Assembly (NCBI GenBank): GCA_964522545.1
Contig: CAZFWM010000015.1
Span: forward strand, 1-42,147
Direction: 5' to 3'
DNA from: an uncultured Thermodesulfobacteriota bacterium
GTDB taxonomy: Bacteria > Desulfobacterota > DSWW01 > CAZFWM01
Length of the DNA: 42,147 bases
Shown here one piece after another: positions 1 to 8,414 of the stretch. The notes under the pieces were generated by a model that saw only the letters and a program-made list of their open reading frames with translations, was not told the origin of the DNA and searched no databases. Made by a program: the position numbers and the translations under genes. Position 1 is the stretch's first letter; each line of letters begins with the position of its first letter.

Positions 1-33
1 TTTCTTTTTTTTAACAAGTACTCTCCGGTCTAT

Positions 34-2016
34 CTACGCTTGATTGAGGCCTAGTATATATAGATTTCCATTGTTAACACCTTGAATAATATTCGCAATA
101 TTTAATACATCAACTTTCGCTGTTCCACTAACCTCTAATTCCTCACTTGGACTCTCTGTCCCAATCCCTACATTGCCACCTGTTATATATAAATTGTTAT
201 CATTAACACCTTGAGTAATATTCGCTATATTTAATACATCAACCTTCGCTGTTCCACTAACCTCTAATTTCTCACTTGGGCTCTCTGTCCCAATCCCTAC
301 ATTGCCACCAGCCTTTTGAAGTACTAACTTATGTGAGGGGGAAATAGTGTGTATATCTAATCCGGCCATCGCCAAATTCCATTGAATTACAGCCTTATCA
401 GCGCCATTACTCTCGCTGAATATAATCTCTGGCATATCATCGGCTCCTGACAACTCAAGTAAACCACTTGGATCGACTGTCCCGATGCCGACTTTGCCTA
501 ACATATTTAAATCTCCTGTGATGTTATCACCTATGACATTCACAAACTCATCTTGTCCTGCAGCGACCGCCTCCAAATCAGTATAGCGAGTATGGTGGGC
601 ATCGACCACGGACGCATGGCCTGCGATGTCAAAATCGATCTCAACCGAAATATCTAAGTAGTGCTTTCCGTCCACTTTGTCTGCATTCTCCGCGTTGAGG
701 ATCGTGATATCATCAGGAATCTGTGCATCTGTTGCAAAATCGGTAAGCTCAGAAAAACTCGTGGTCTTAATGTGGTGGACATCAGACACAGAACCATGGG
801 CCGAAATATCATCATCGATCTCATCCGACTCCTCAAGATCTGTCGCATGAATCCCATCCACCGTATCCGCATCCTCGGCATAAGCCGCTTGATCGATGTA
901 GCCTGCTATGGTTCCGTCTACTAGAACATCACCAGCGACGTGGAGGCTAGCTAGGGGATCTGTTGTCCCGATGCCGACGTGGCCGCTTCCTCCATGTATA
1001 AACATTAAATCGTGTGTGTCAGAAGTATCTGTCTTTATGCCTTGCCACTTGAAATGTCCATGATCATTACTATCTGTACATTTAAACGTAGTCACTGGTG
1101 CGGCTTGTTCATATGGCACATCTATTGTAAGCCCCGCACCAGGAGTTCCGTTATATCTTAATCTAATCTGTCCATCATAAATATCAAGAGAATTCTGTGA
1201 ACTCGTCGTCCCAATTCCAACGTTACCTAATATACTAAGATCTCCTGTAATAATATCGCCTATTTCATTGACAAACTCATCTTGCCCTGCAGCCACGGAT
1301 TCAGCATTAGTATATCTTGTGTGGTGGACTGATGGATCAGAGCCATGAGAGGAGACATCAGCATCGATCTCGGCTGACTCCTCCAAGTCTGCTCCCTCCA
1401 TCCCATCTACCGTGTCTGCGTCGCCAGCTGTCATTGCGTATAAGATCATAATATCATCGGGGATCTGGGCATCGGTGGCAGTGTCTGTCAGATCTGCAAA
1501 ACTCGTAGTCTTGACGTGGTGCGCATCGGTTATGGTTGCATGGGCGGAAATATCAGCATCAATCTCGTCCGACTCCTCAAGGGTAGCGGCCTCAAATCCA
1601 TCCACTGTATCAGCATCTTGTGCCTCAATAGCGAAAAGAGAACTCACGATCCTCTCCCTGGGCACAAAATACTCTCCACCTCCGCCCCCGTCCACGATCA
1701 CTTCCAGCCAGCATGGCCCGTCAATAAGATCCGGAGTAATCGGATTGATCTGGCCGAGAATAACGTTGAATATTCCTCCATCCACCGTCACGGTCACCGG
1801 CCCTTCGGTCCACAATTCCAGTCCGTCTATCTCCTGATCGTAAATGGAGAACCACATCTGGACCTCAGCCGTTGGGTCGATACCGATGGGAATTCCATCT
1901 GGATCAGTGAGATAGCCCTGGTAGTTGAATTGGCCTGGCACTTCCGCTTGAGCCACCGGCAAAGAAAGAAACAGAAACGCCACTGTAACAAAGGTTAAAA
2001 ACTTTCCTCTTCTCAT
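34..2016 (-). CDS. Secreted repeat-rich surface protein (tail-fibre-like); a ~140-aa module with DADTVDG..LEESxEIDxDISxH..HHxKTTSF..TDxATDxQIPDDI motifs is duplicated internally, and the C-terminus carries GNVGIGTESPSExLEVSG repeats
   Basis: 660-aa ORF with N-terminal signal peptide (MRRGKFLTFVTVAFLFLSLPVAQA). The N-terminal ~230 aa are clearly paralogous to ORF 5427..7067. The 3' end holds two tandem ~129-bp DNA repeats. Function not assignable from sequence alone. Confidence 0.6.
   Translation of the reverse strand: MRRGKFLTFVTVAFLFLSLPVAQAEVPGQFNYQGYLTDPDGIPIGIDPTAEVQMWFSIYDQEIDGLELWTEGPVTVTVDGGIFNVILGQINPITPDLIDGPCWLEVIVDGGGGGEYFVPRERIVSSLFAIEAQDADTVDGFEAATLEESDEIDADISAHATITDAHHVKTTSFADLTDTATDAQIPDDIMILYAMTAGDADTVDGMEGADLEESAEIDADVSSHGSDPSVHHTRYTNAESVAAGQDEFVNEIGDIITGDLSILGNVGIGTTSSQNSLDIYDGQIRLRYNGTPGAGLTIDVPYEQAAPVTTFKCTDSNDHGHFKWQGIKTDTSDTHDLMFIHGGSGHVGIGTTDPLASLHVAGDVLVDGTIAGYIDQAAYAEDADTVDGIHATDLEESDEIDDDISAHGSVSDVHHIKTTSFSELTDFATDAQIPDDITILNAENADKVDGKHYLDISVEIDFDIAGHASVVDAHHTRYTDLEAVAAGQDEFVNVIGDNITGDLNMLGKVGIGTVDPSGLLELSGADDMPEIIFSESNGADKAVIQWNLAMAGLDIHTISPSHKLVLQKAGGNVGIGTESPSEKLEVSGTAKVDVLNIANITQGVNDNNLYITGGNVGIGTESPSEELEVSGTAKVDVLNIANIIQGVNNGNLYILGLNQA
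60..312. repeat. Two tandem ~129-bp (43-codon) near-identical coding repeats (…NVGIGTESPSE(E/K)LEVSGTAKVDVLNIANI…)
   Basis: Direct comparison of 70..192 with 199..312 shows the same sequence with a few substitutions (period ~129 nt, measured from the ttaacacc landmark at 74 and 203). Confidence 0.8.
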
Positions 2017-2102
2017 GACTCTTCCTCCTTTGTTCTTTTTCCCTTCGGAAATCAGTGTGAACGGGAAAATTTTCCTCGCTCTGCTTTATTTGAACGTGAC
2101 CA

Positions 2103-2990
2103 TCATGTATTGACCCAAACAAGCTGAAATTCCTCTAACCCACCAGCAGTAAAGAGGCCGGTATAGATTCCAATCAATCCCAAGCTTGGCAGTGGGAATG
2201 AAATCGGAATTTCGATAGGTGGGTATATTTTAGGCAGCGGAATGCTCCAAAGCGGTATGACCTGTACGCTTGGCGAGGTCAGGATCAAATAATTCGCCCA
2301 CGTGGCAGCCTCGATCGTTGCAATCGTATAATTTAGGACAAGATAACTGTACAGGTATTGCGCATCCAAATCCAAAATGAATTCGTAACAGTCTTCGAAA
2401 TCATACCAATCGAGCAAATCATCGCAATCGTCATCAATGCCATTATCGCATTCCTCTACCACACCGGGGTTCACATCTGGATCAGAGTCATCACAATCCG
2501 GGCCTCCGCAAGCCTCGTCTGTGAAGCCATCTCCGTCTTCATCCCAGCATATGCAGTCTGCTTCATCTTCTGCATCGATCAGACCATCACAATCATTGTC
2601 AATACCATCTGTGCAGGTCGGCTCTTGTGGCGGTCCTTCCTGAGCACCTGGATTGATATCAAAGTCTGTATCATCGCAATCGTCTCCCCCGCAGGCCTCA
2701 TCTAAAAAGCGGTCCCCGTCCTGGTCCCAGCACCCCTGAAGGCTTGCCAACTGTGCGATATAACCGGCTCGGATGCGAAAGCTTGAGCTTTGGGAGAATC
2801 CGATGGGTGTGGACTGGCCTATGGCCCCGATGTTCAGATAGCCTGCTGAGGAAGTCTCAGCTCCACCATTATCAAGGACATGTACAGGTACTTCGTAGGA
2901 GGGGCTCGACATGCCTCCAGAGGAGGGCAAGACCCAGGCGAGAGCCAGAAGGATCATACTTAACACCGCTTTGATATTCTTTACTTTCAT
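2103..2990 (-). CDS. Secreted Cys/Asp-rich protein with two MopE-type putative metal-binding repeats (C..D.DCDD.D.D.NPGA.E.C.DGIDNDCDG.ID) and a conserved ~90-aa C-terminal domain shared with ORF 38593..39318
   Basis: ATG at 2990 is preceded by AAAGGAGAT 7 nt upstream; the ORF track's longer start at 3020 is less likely. A signal peptide (MKVKNIKAVLSMILLALAWVLPSSGG) is present. The tandem Cys/Asp repeat motif is visible twice. The C-terminus ATWANYLILTSPSVQVIPLW…GLIGIYTGLFTAGG…LVWVNT aligns with the C-terminus of the tetraheme cytochrome at 38593..39318. Confidence 0.65.
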   Translation of the reverse strand: MKVKNIKAVLSMILLALAWVLPSSGGMSSPSYEVPVHVLDNGGAETSSAGYLNIGAIGQSTPIGFSQSSSFRIRAGYIAQLASLQGCWDQDGDRFLDEACGGDDCDDTDFDINPGAQEGPPQEPTCTDGIDNDCDGLIDAEDEADCICWDEDGDGFTDEACGGPDCDDSDPDVNPGVVEECDNGIDDDCDDLLDWYDFEDCYEFILDLDAQYLYSYLVLNYTIATIEAATWANYLILTSPSVQVIPLWSIPLPKIYPPIEIPISFPLPSLGLIGIYTGLFTAGGLEEFQLVWVNT

Positions 2991-3528
2991 CGCAAATCTC
3001 CTTTCGATATTATTCCTCACGGATCGTTGCGTTTTTCCCTTTAAACGTTAGAGGACGACCGATTGTGAGTGTGTCCACGCTGAAGGTATTGTCAGATCCG
3101 GCTTTGAATATCAGTGTGGCTCCACCGGGCGCTTCAGCAAGTGCCTCTTCTATGCTTTGATAAGGATCATTTGGAGTTCCGTCACCGCCATCAGATGCTC
3201 CGACAAATTTAACTATGCTTTCAGGCGCGATTTCCGTGACCTGGTGTTGGTCAATGGTGTAATCTACACTGTCGCAAGAGTACCAACCGTCATCTGATCC
3301 ACTCCATCCCATGTTCATTTTAAATCGCCTGTCCGGATCATAACCCTTGTCATATCCATAGATAACCCATGTGTGGCCCACCTTTCCTTTCCCATTTACG
3401 TTACTACCTTTAGTGGTTCTATCACCCCTGAAAGCAACAGGACGAAGCCATTGTATCTCTCTGGTTATCTTCTCTATGTCTCTACCTGAATAATATGCAT
3501 CTTGGTCGTATTTAATGAAGTCTGAAAA

Positions 3529-4180
3529 TCCACGTGCTGCGCACGTGGTCAGAGAAAAAGGCTCTGACTAAAACGCGGCTCGGGAATCTCCTATAATCCA
3601 GAGTTGTTCCCGCAACGCTGGAAAGGAGAAAACCATGAGCCGCTTCCGAAAGCTATCACACGCAATATGGCATTGCCAGTATCATCTTGTGTGGGTTCCA
3701 AAGTATCGATACCGCGTCCTTGAGGGCGTGGTGGGTCGAGAAGTGCATAATTGTCTCCGCGTATTTCTTGGGCAGAATGCCTGTGAATGCGTGGAGTTGA
3801 ACGTTCAACCGGATCATATACACCTAATAGCGATGATTCCTCCCAAGAAGTCGATATCGGAGATGGTGGGGATTCTGAAAGGTCGTACAGCAATTCGGGT
3901 GTTCAAGCAGTTTCCGTATCTGAAGAGGAAGCCCTATTGGGGCAACCATTTCTGGGCGCCCGGGTATTGTGTCGATACCGTGGGTCTCAACGAGGAGATG
4001 ATCCGGAAGTACGTGAGGTTTCAAGAGAAAAAAGAGCGTCATCAGGAGCAACTTAACCTCCAGTATTGATAAAATTGCGTTGCGGGACGTGACCGCCTGC
4101 TTGCATCCTTTGGGTGCAAGCACTCAGCCACTCTCTGAGTGGCCTAAGCAAAGCCACGTCCTCTGGGCGTGGCTTTTTTA
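3529..4180 (+). mobile_element. IS200/IS605-family insertion sequence (single tnpA, Y1 HUH transposase) with subterminal hairpins
   Basis: Left-end hairpin CCACGTGC-tgc-GCACGTGG at 3530..3548. Right-end hairpin AAGCCACG-n9-CGTGGCTT at 4151..4176. Together they bound a ~650-bp element carrying one 144-aa IS200-type transposase. The element interrupts the C10 peptidase reading frame. No target duplication is expected for this family. Confidence 0.75.
3635..4069 (+). CDS. tnpA: IS200/IS605 family transposase TnpA (Y1 HUH)
   Basis: 144 aa. HxH motif in HIHLIAMIPPK. Typical IS200 N-terminus MSRFRKLSHAIWHCQYHLVWVPKYR. Conserved C-terminal Tyr region (YVRFQEKKE). RBS GGAGAAAACC lies upstream of the ATG. 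Confidence 0.85.
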   Translation: MSRFRKLSHAIWHCQYHLVWVPKYRYRVLEGVVGREVHNCLRVFLGQNACECVELNVQPDHIHLIAMIPPKKSISEMVGILKGRTAIRVFKQFPYLKRKPYWGNHFWAPGYCVDTVGLNEEMIRKYVRFQEKKERHQEQLNLQY

Positions 4181-4182
4181 CA
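4150..4182 (+). terminator. IS right-end hairpin followed by a T-run (likely also terminates tnpA transcription)
   Basis: aaagccacgTCCTCTGGGcgtggcttttttac: 8-bp stem with a 9-nt loop, followed by TTTTTT. Confidence 0.5.
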
Positions 4183-5426
4183 ATGATCCTCTAGAACATT
4201 ATCGATATCTATCGCACTCGCAGTAGATCCTTTAATACCATAATCCATATTGAGAGCGACTCCCACGTGATAGCAAAACATGGCCATTGCATCGCCCCCC
4301 CCCGGAGGAAGGCTTGACCATTGATCTCTCATGAGACTCCAATGGTATGGCGTGGAGCCAAAATCAACAGAACAGACTACCTCTTCATGTGTAAGATCGT
4401 TCCAAAGATCTTCTAATCTGCTCAGATATTCACCGTCACTACTTAGCGTCTTTGCCTTATCATAGAGGCTTTCATCCCAATATCCGTTCATCTGCAGCCT
4501 GCCCCCTTGTGGCGGAGTATCAATCCAGCGGAGTCGGTCATTCCATGGATATCCTGAAGGTATTACAGGATTTGTCGATAAAGCTTCTTCATCCCAATCA
4601 CTTCTCCATCTATAATTATACTTAGTCTGCCCCGTATTCTCACCTGTCGCAGGCCATTCCCAGTAGTACATTATCTGAGACGTGGCTGTGGCCACGCATC
4701 CGACCACGGTATGCTCATTTGGCGGGTTTAAGACAGGGCATTGAGCATTATAGGTTGCACTCCCAGGCGAAGAGCCTCCTTGATTCCATTTTGATGTCAA
4801 ACTCAGTTCCATCATTATTGGATCGTCCTTAACTTCCCTATTTCTAACAGTTCTATCAGGAATTTGCCCTTGAATAAGGTCGTGCCAAAAAGCAGATCTT
4901 TCTTTCAATGCTTCTTGGTATTCCTGCAATTTGGGATCTTTCTCTTTTAGCCCTTCCTTCAAATGCTTCAATCTTGTACTAATTTCCCAAAGGATATAGT
5001 TCATGTTTGGATCTTTTTGATCATATGTCCCTCTTGGACTATAGAAATAGACCGGCAGAACAAGGTCATCTGCGCCGCAAAGACAGAAGCCATCATCAAT
5101 AAAATGCACGATGTATGCAACTGTCTCTCCTTGTATTTTATGAGGTTTTATCTTTTCGATAACTGCATCCGGTTTCGCATCAGCTGTCACATGGCGTACC
5201 CAGGTTTCGACTGCAATTCGAACATCTTCCTTCACAATCTCTCTGGCGTAAAGAAAAGAAGGAGTCAAAATCAGAGATAATGATAGTAGGAAGCCAAAAG
5301 GTGGGCCAGACAGGAAAAAAATATTTGAAACTCGTCCCATTATTACACCTATTTTCTTTAGTTCTCAGGTGCTGGGCAGATCATTGCCCTTAATTTATAG
5401 AAATGATTTACCCCCTGTCCGCATCC

Positions 5427-7067
5427 TTAGTGCAAAGTAACCAGAACCAGAACTAAACCTTCTCCCTCCTTAAGTTCAGTCATAGCTTTGCCTAAAATCG
5501 CTCCGTGAGACTTTTCATTGTCTGCTGCTTTCATCGCATAGCCAGGGTTTGGAGAGGTTGTAAGGAGATCGCCTGGCTGGATTGAGCCATGGGAAGCGTC
5601 ACATAGGCCAAAGACACGACCAGAGAGAGCGACATTGCTCTTGCTATCAACAGATTCTTCTTGAGTAAGAGTTATGCCAGGGTTGATGCCGCCTGCCCCG
5701 CTGACGATGCCAGCCACGCACCGATCGTAGGGTTTGTCAGAAAGTTTGAGCTTACCAGGATTGTCTGGATCGATTGATAAGACCAGTCCGGGTTTAATTT
5801 TGTCAGGCTCTTTGATATCAAAGGGTTCTGCTATGTCGGATCCGCCGGTTATGGTAAGAACATCTGTGGTCGTTGTCCCAATTACATGAAGTCTGGATGT
5901 TGGACTCGTTGTGCCGATGCCGACATTGCCAGCAACATGATTGACAAAAAATGTGCCAAATCCTACGTTTAAACTTGGTAGTATTCTGACATTTTGAGCT
6001 GCTACTGTATCCAACGTTAATCCATTTTCGTCAGCAGATACTAAACCAACGCCTCCTACATCTAGAGTTGGTAGTATTCTGACATTTTGAGCTGCTACTG
6101 TATCCAACGTTAACCCATTTTCGTCAGCAGATACTAAACCAACGCCTCCTACATCTAGAGTTGGTAGTATTCTGACATTTTGAGCTGCTACTGTATCCAA
6201 CGTTAACCCATTTTCGTCAGCAGATACTAAGCCAACACCGCTTATTTCAATTACCCCAGCAACATTTAGTTCATTTCCTAATATGCTCAAGTCTCCAGTG
6301 ATGATATCGCCAACTTTATTCACAAACTCATCCTGACCTGCAGCCACGGCCTCTATATCAGTATATCGTGCATGGTGTGCTGACGGATCATAAGTGTGTG
6401 ATGAGATATCGGCATCGATCTCGGCAGATTCCTCTAATGCCACACCTTCCATTCCATCTATCGTGTCTGCATCGCCGGCCGTCACCGCATAAGTGACCGT
6501 AATGTCATCTGGGATCTGAGTATCTGTCGCCAGATCGGTAAGCTCAGAAAAACTCGTGGTCTTTGTGTGATGTACATCTGATATGGCTGCATGAGCTGAA
6601 ATATCAACATCGATCTCGGCCGACTCTTCCAAGTCTGCCCCCTCCATCCCATCCACAGTATCTGCATCCTTTGCCTTTATGGCGAATAAGGAGCTCACGA
6701 TCATCTCTCTGGGTACCAAGTACTCGCCTCCTTCACCCCCATCCACGATCACCTCGAGCCAGCAGGGGCCGTCAATGAGATCCGGAGTGATCGGAGTGGT
6801 CTGGCCGAGAATAACGTTGAATATTCCCCCATCTACAGTCACACTCAACGGCCCTTCGGACCACATTTCCGCTCCGTCTGTCTCCTGATCATAGATGGAG
6901 AACCACATCTGAACCTCTGCCGGTGGGTCGATACCGATCGGGATCCCTTCAGGATCAGTGAGGAAGCCCTGGTAGTTGATCTGCCCCGGGACTTCAGCCC
7001 ATGCAGCAGTTGAAAGAATGCCAAAGGCCATTAACATCACAAAGCATTTAATCATCCGGCACTTCAT
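5427..7067 (-). CDS. Secreted repeat-rich surface protein, paralogue of 34..2016, with three tandem 31-aa repeats (DVGGVGLVSADENGLTLDTVAAQNVRILPTL) and a distinct C-terminal domain
   Basis: 546 aa. Signal peptide MKCRMIKCFVMLMAFGILSTAAWA. N-terminal ~230 aa closely resemble ORF 34..2016 (AEVPGQ(F/I)NYQG(Y/F)LTDP…CWLEVIVDGG…DADTVDG…). RBS AAGGAGAC lies upstream of the ATG at 7067. Confidence 0.6.
   Translation of the reverse strand: MKCRMIKCFVMLMAFGILSTAAWAEVPGQINYQGFLTDPEGIPIGIDPPAEVQMWFSIYDQETDGAEMWSEGPLSVTVDGGIFNVILGQTTPITPDLIDGPCWLEVIVDGGEGGEYLVPREMIVSSLFAIKAKDADTVDGMEGADLEESAEIDVDISAHAAISDVHHTKTTSFSELTDLATDTQIPDDITVTYAVTAGDADTIDGMEGVALEESAEIDADISSHTYDPSAHHARYTDIEAVAAGQDEFVNKVGDIITGDLSILGNELNVAGVIEISGVGLVSADENGLTLDTVAAQNVRILPTLDVGGVGLVSADENGLTLDTVAAQNVRILPTLDVGGVGLVSADENGLTLDTVAAQNVRILPSLNVGFGTFFVNHVAGNVGIGTTSPTSRLHVIGTTTTDVLTITGGSDIAEPFDIKEPDKIKPGLVLSIDPDNPGKLKLSDKPYDRCVAGIVSGAGGINPGITLTQEESVDSKSNVALSGRVFGLCDASHGSIQPGDLLTTSPNPGYAMKAADNEKSHGAILGKAMTELKEGEGLVLVLVTLH
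5975..6240. repeat. Tandem 93-bp coding repeats (copies at 5975..6067 and 6068..6160, partial third copy 6161..~6240), almost identical at the DNA level
   Basis: Copies 2 and 3 are identical over their shared length. Copy 1 differs by a single base (ttaatcc vs ttaaccc). Such near-perfect tandem coding repeats can expand or contract. Confidence 0.85.
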
Positions 7068-7734
7068 AATGTCTCCTTCTCTGTTGTTACACGGTATTTG
7101 TTTTAGAAAGTTGACATGCAGCAGATGAAAAAAATAAGCCAGTCCACATTCTAAGCGTGAACTGGCTCAGGAATTTCCCCCTCCCCCATGGTGCCCTCCT
7201 TACCTAGGAATAGACACAATGACTGGCGAACCTTTATAAAATCAAAAAGCTAATCTGCATTCCGGGCGTTCTTCTCGTATTCGTGGTCAGAGATAATGGA
7301 AAAGAGGGTGAAACATTGAAAGTTGAATAGATTGAGATGTGACGAGCTTGGAATGGAAGGACACGTGGGAAACTGAAGATGACTGGCTCACCTTACTTCC
7401 CCCCCTGCAATTAGACCATGGGCATTTTTATCCAAGAATCCCTTATAACTATATTTAATATCACAATAAATCGTACCTGTCAAACATAATCCGTAGATCC
7501 TAACCATGAAGCTTCAAAACTCCCTTACCAGTATCCAGTCAATTTATCTTATGTGAGAATTTCCGTGGAGAATTTCTCACATACGGTTGAGAATGAGCAG
7601 AAATATGGCAAGACGAATCACTCAGAAATGTTATCATTTCCAGTGATTGCTTAATATAGAGGTGGGCCGAAAGGCCTGAGATACGGATTGATAATCCGTA
7701 GGTCTTCCTTGGCATTAGAGTCAAATACTTCCAT

Positions 7735-8373
7735 TCAATCACAACAGCTATCTCCGCGCAGACCCTCCAGACCCTCCCGCACGAGCCAGGGGACCATGAG
7801 AAGGGCTGCGATCGGGTTCGCCCACCACCATCCCACGGCAGCATTTGTGGACAGGCCGAGAAGCAGTGCAAAGGAGAGATAGGAACATGCAAGCGTCTCC
7901 TTCGCCTCGGCCCGTAGCGCTTCACTTCCGATCTCCCGCGCCGCCCTCAGCTTGCCCCAGGAGACGAGGGGCATGATGATGAGGGATGCGCTGGCGAGGA
8001 CGATCCCGATGATGCTTTCCTCAGGGGCTTCCTTTCCCCAGAGGGTCCAGATCGACTGTACCGTAACATACAGGGAGAGGGCGATGAAGGTGCCTCCGAC
8101 AAAACGAAGCACGCGGCGCTCGGTCTGTTCCACCCTCTCCGCCTCGGCGCCCCGTGCTTCCACGTAGAGCCGCCACAACAACACTACGGCCGCGGAACAT
8201 TCGATGATGCTGTCGAGGCCGAAGCCGAGGAGCGCGATGCTGTCGGCCTCGGCGCCGGACCAGATCGCTATGATCGCCTCGATCACGTTGTAGGCCATTG
8301 TTGCCACCACGAGCCAAAGGGCGATGCTCATCCAGTTTCGGCTGCGAGTTTCCTCAGCACGTTCTTCCATCAT
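7735..8373 (-). CDS. Cation-efflux (CDF)-like integral membrane protein, transmembrane domain only
   Basis: 212 aa, ~6 predicted TM helices, charged N-terminus. The family call rests on general resemblance to Cation_efflux TM domains and is weak. Confidence 0.4.
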   Translation of the reverse strand: MMEERAEETRSRNWMSIALWLVVATMAYNVIEAIIAIWSGAEADSIALLGFGLDSIIECSAAVVLLWRLYVEARGAEAERVEQTERRVLRFVGGTFIALSLYVTVQSIWTLWGKEAPEESIIGIVLASASLIIMPLVSWGKLRAAREIGSEALRAEAKETLACSYLSFALLLGLSTNAAVGWWWANPIAALLMVPWLVREGLEGLRGDSCCD

Positions 8374-8414
8374 TCAGATCCCGTTATCGATTAAATGATC
8401 CCCAGCGCCAGGCC

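Larger units (their letters stand above)
3010..5340 (-). pseudogene. Peptidase C10 (streptopain/SpeB-like cysteine peptidase) gene split by an IS200-family insertion. The N-fragment 4180..5340 carries the catalytic-Cys motif GCVATATSQIMYYW. The C-fragment 3010..3528 carries the His motif GHTWVIYGYD…MNMGWSGSDDGWY followed by the start of a beta-helix-like region
   Basis: The ORF 4144..5340 reads into the IS right-end hairpin and terminates (…KATPRGRGFA*). The same peptidase frame resumes without stops immediately left of the IS left-end hairpin (…FSDFIKYDQDAYYSGRDIEKITREIQWLRPVAFRGDRTTKGSNVNGKGKVGHTWVIYGYD…) and runs to the stop at 3010. The Cys and His motifs match the C10 family (SpeB CVATA / GHAFVIDG..WGWGG). 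Confidence 0.7.

Noticed and set aside
3591-4123. ORFs antisense to or overlapping the IS200 transposase (100 aa, 89 aa, 99 aa)
   Set aside because: Nested in or overlapping tnpA with no independent support. IS200 elements encode only TnpA.
5427-5900. C-terminal domain of the 546-aa repeat protein as a peptidase S74 (intramolecular chaperone) domain of tail fibres
   Set aside because: The expected S74 landmarks (SDxRLKxNI… and downstream GxIAQE-type block) are not present. Left as an unassigned C-terminal domain.
5975-6240. Regularly spaced direct repeats that could superficially resemble a CRISPR array
   Set aside because: Repeats are contiguous 93-bp units without unique spacers, in frame within a protein-coding gene, so they encode a 31-aa repeat. 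No cas genes are present.
6482-6888. Small ORFs (61-71 aa) inside the repeat-protein gene on both strands
   Set aside because: Low-complexity Pro/Ser/Arg translations nested in a supported gene.
7068-7734. Looked for a tRNA or other structured RNA gene in the large non-coding region
   Set aside because: No T-loop (GTTCGA/GTTCAA) or acceptor-stem pattern found by eye. Only isolated hairpins, reported as a finding instead.
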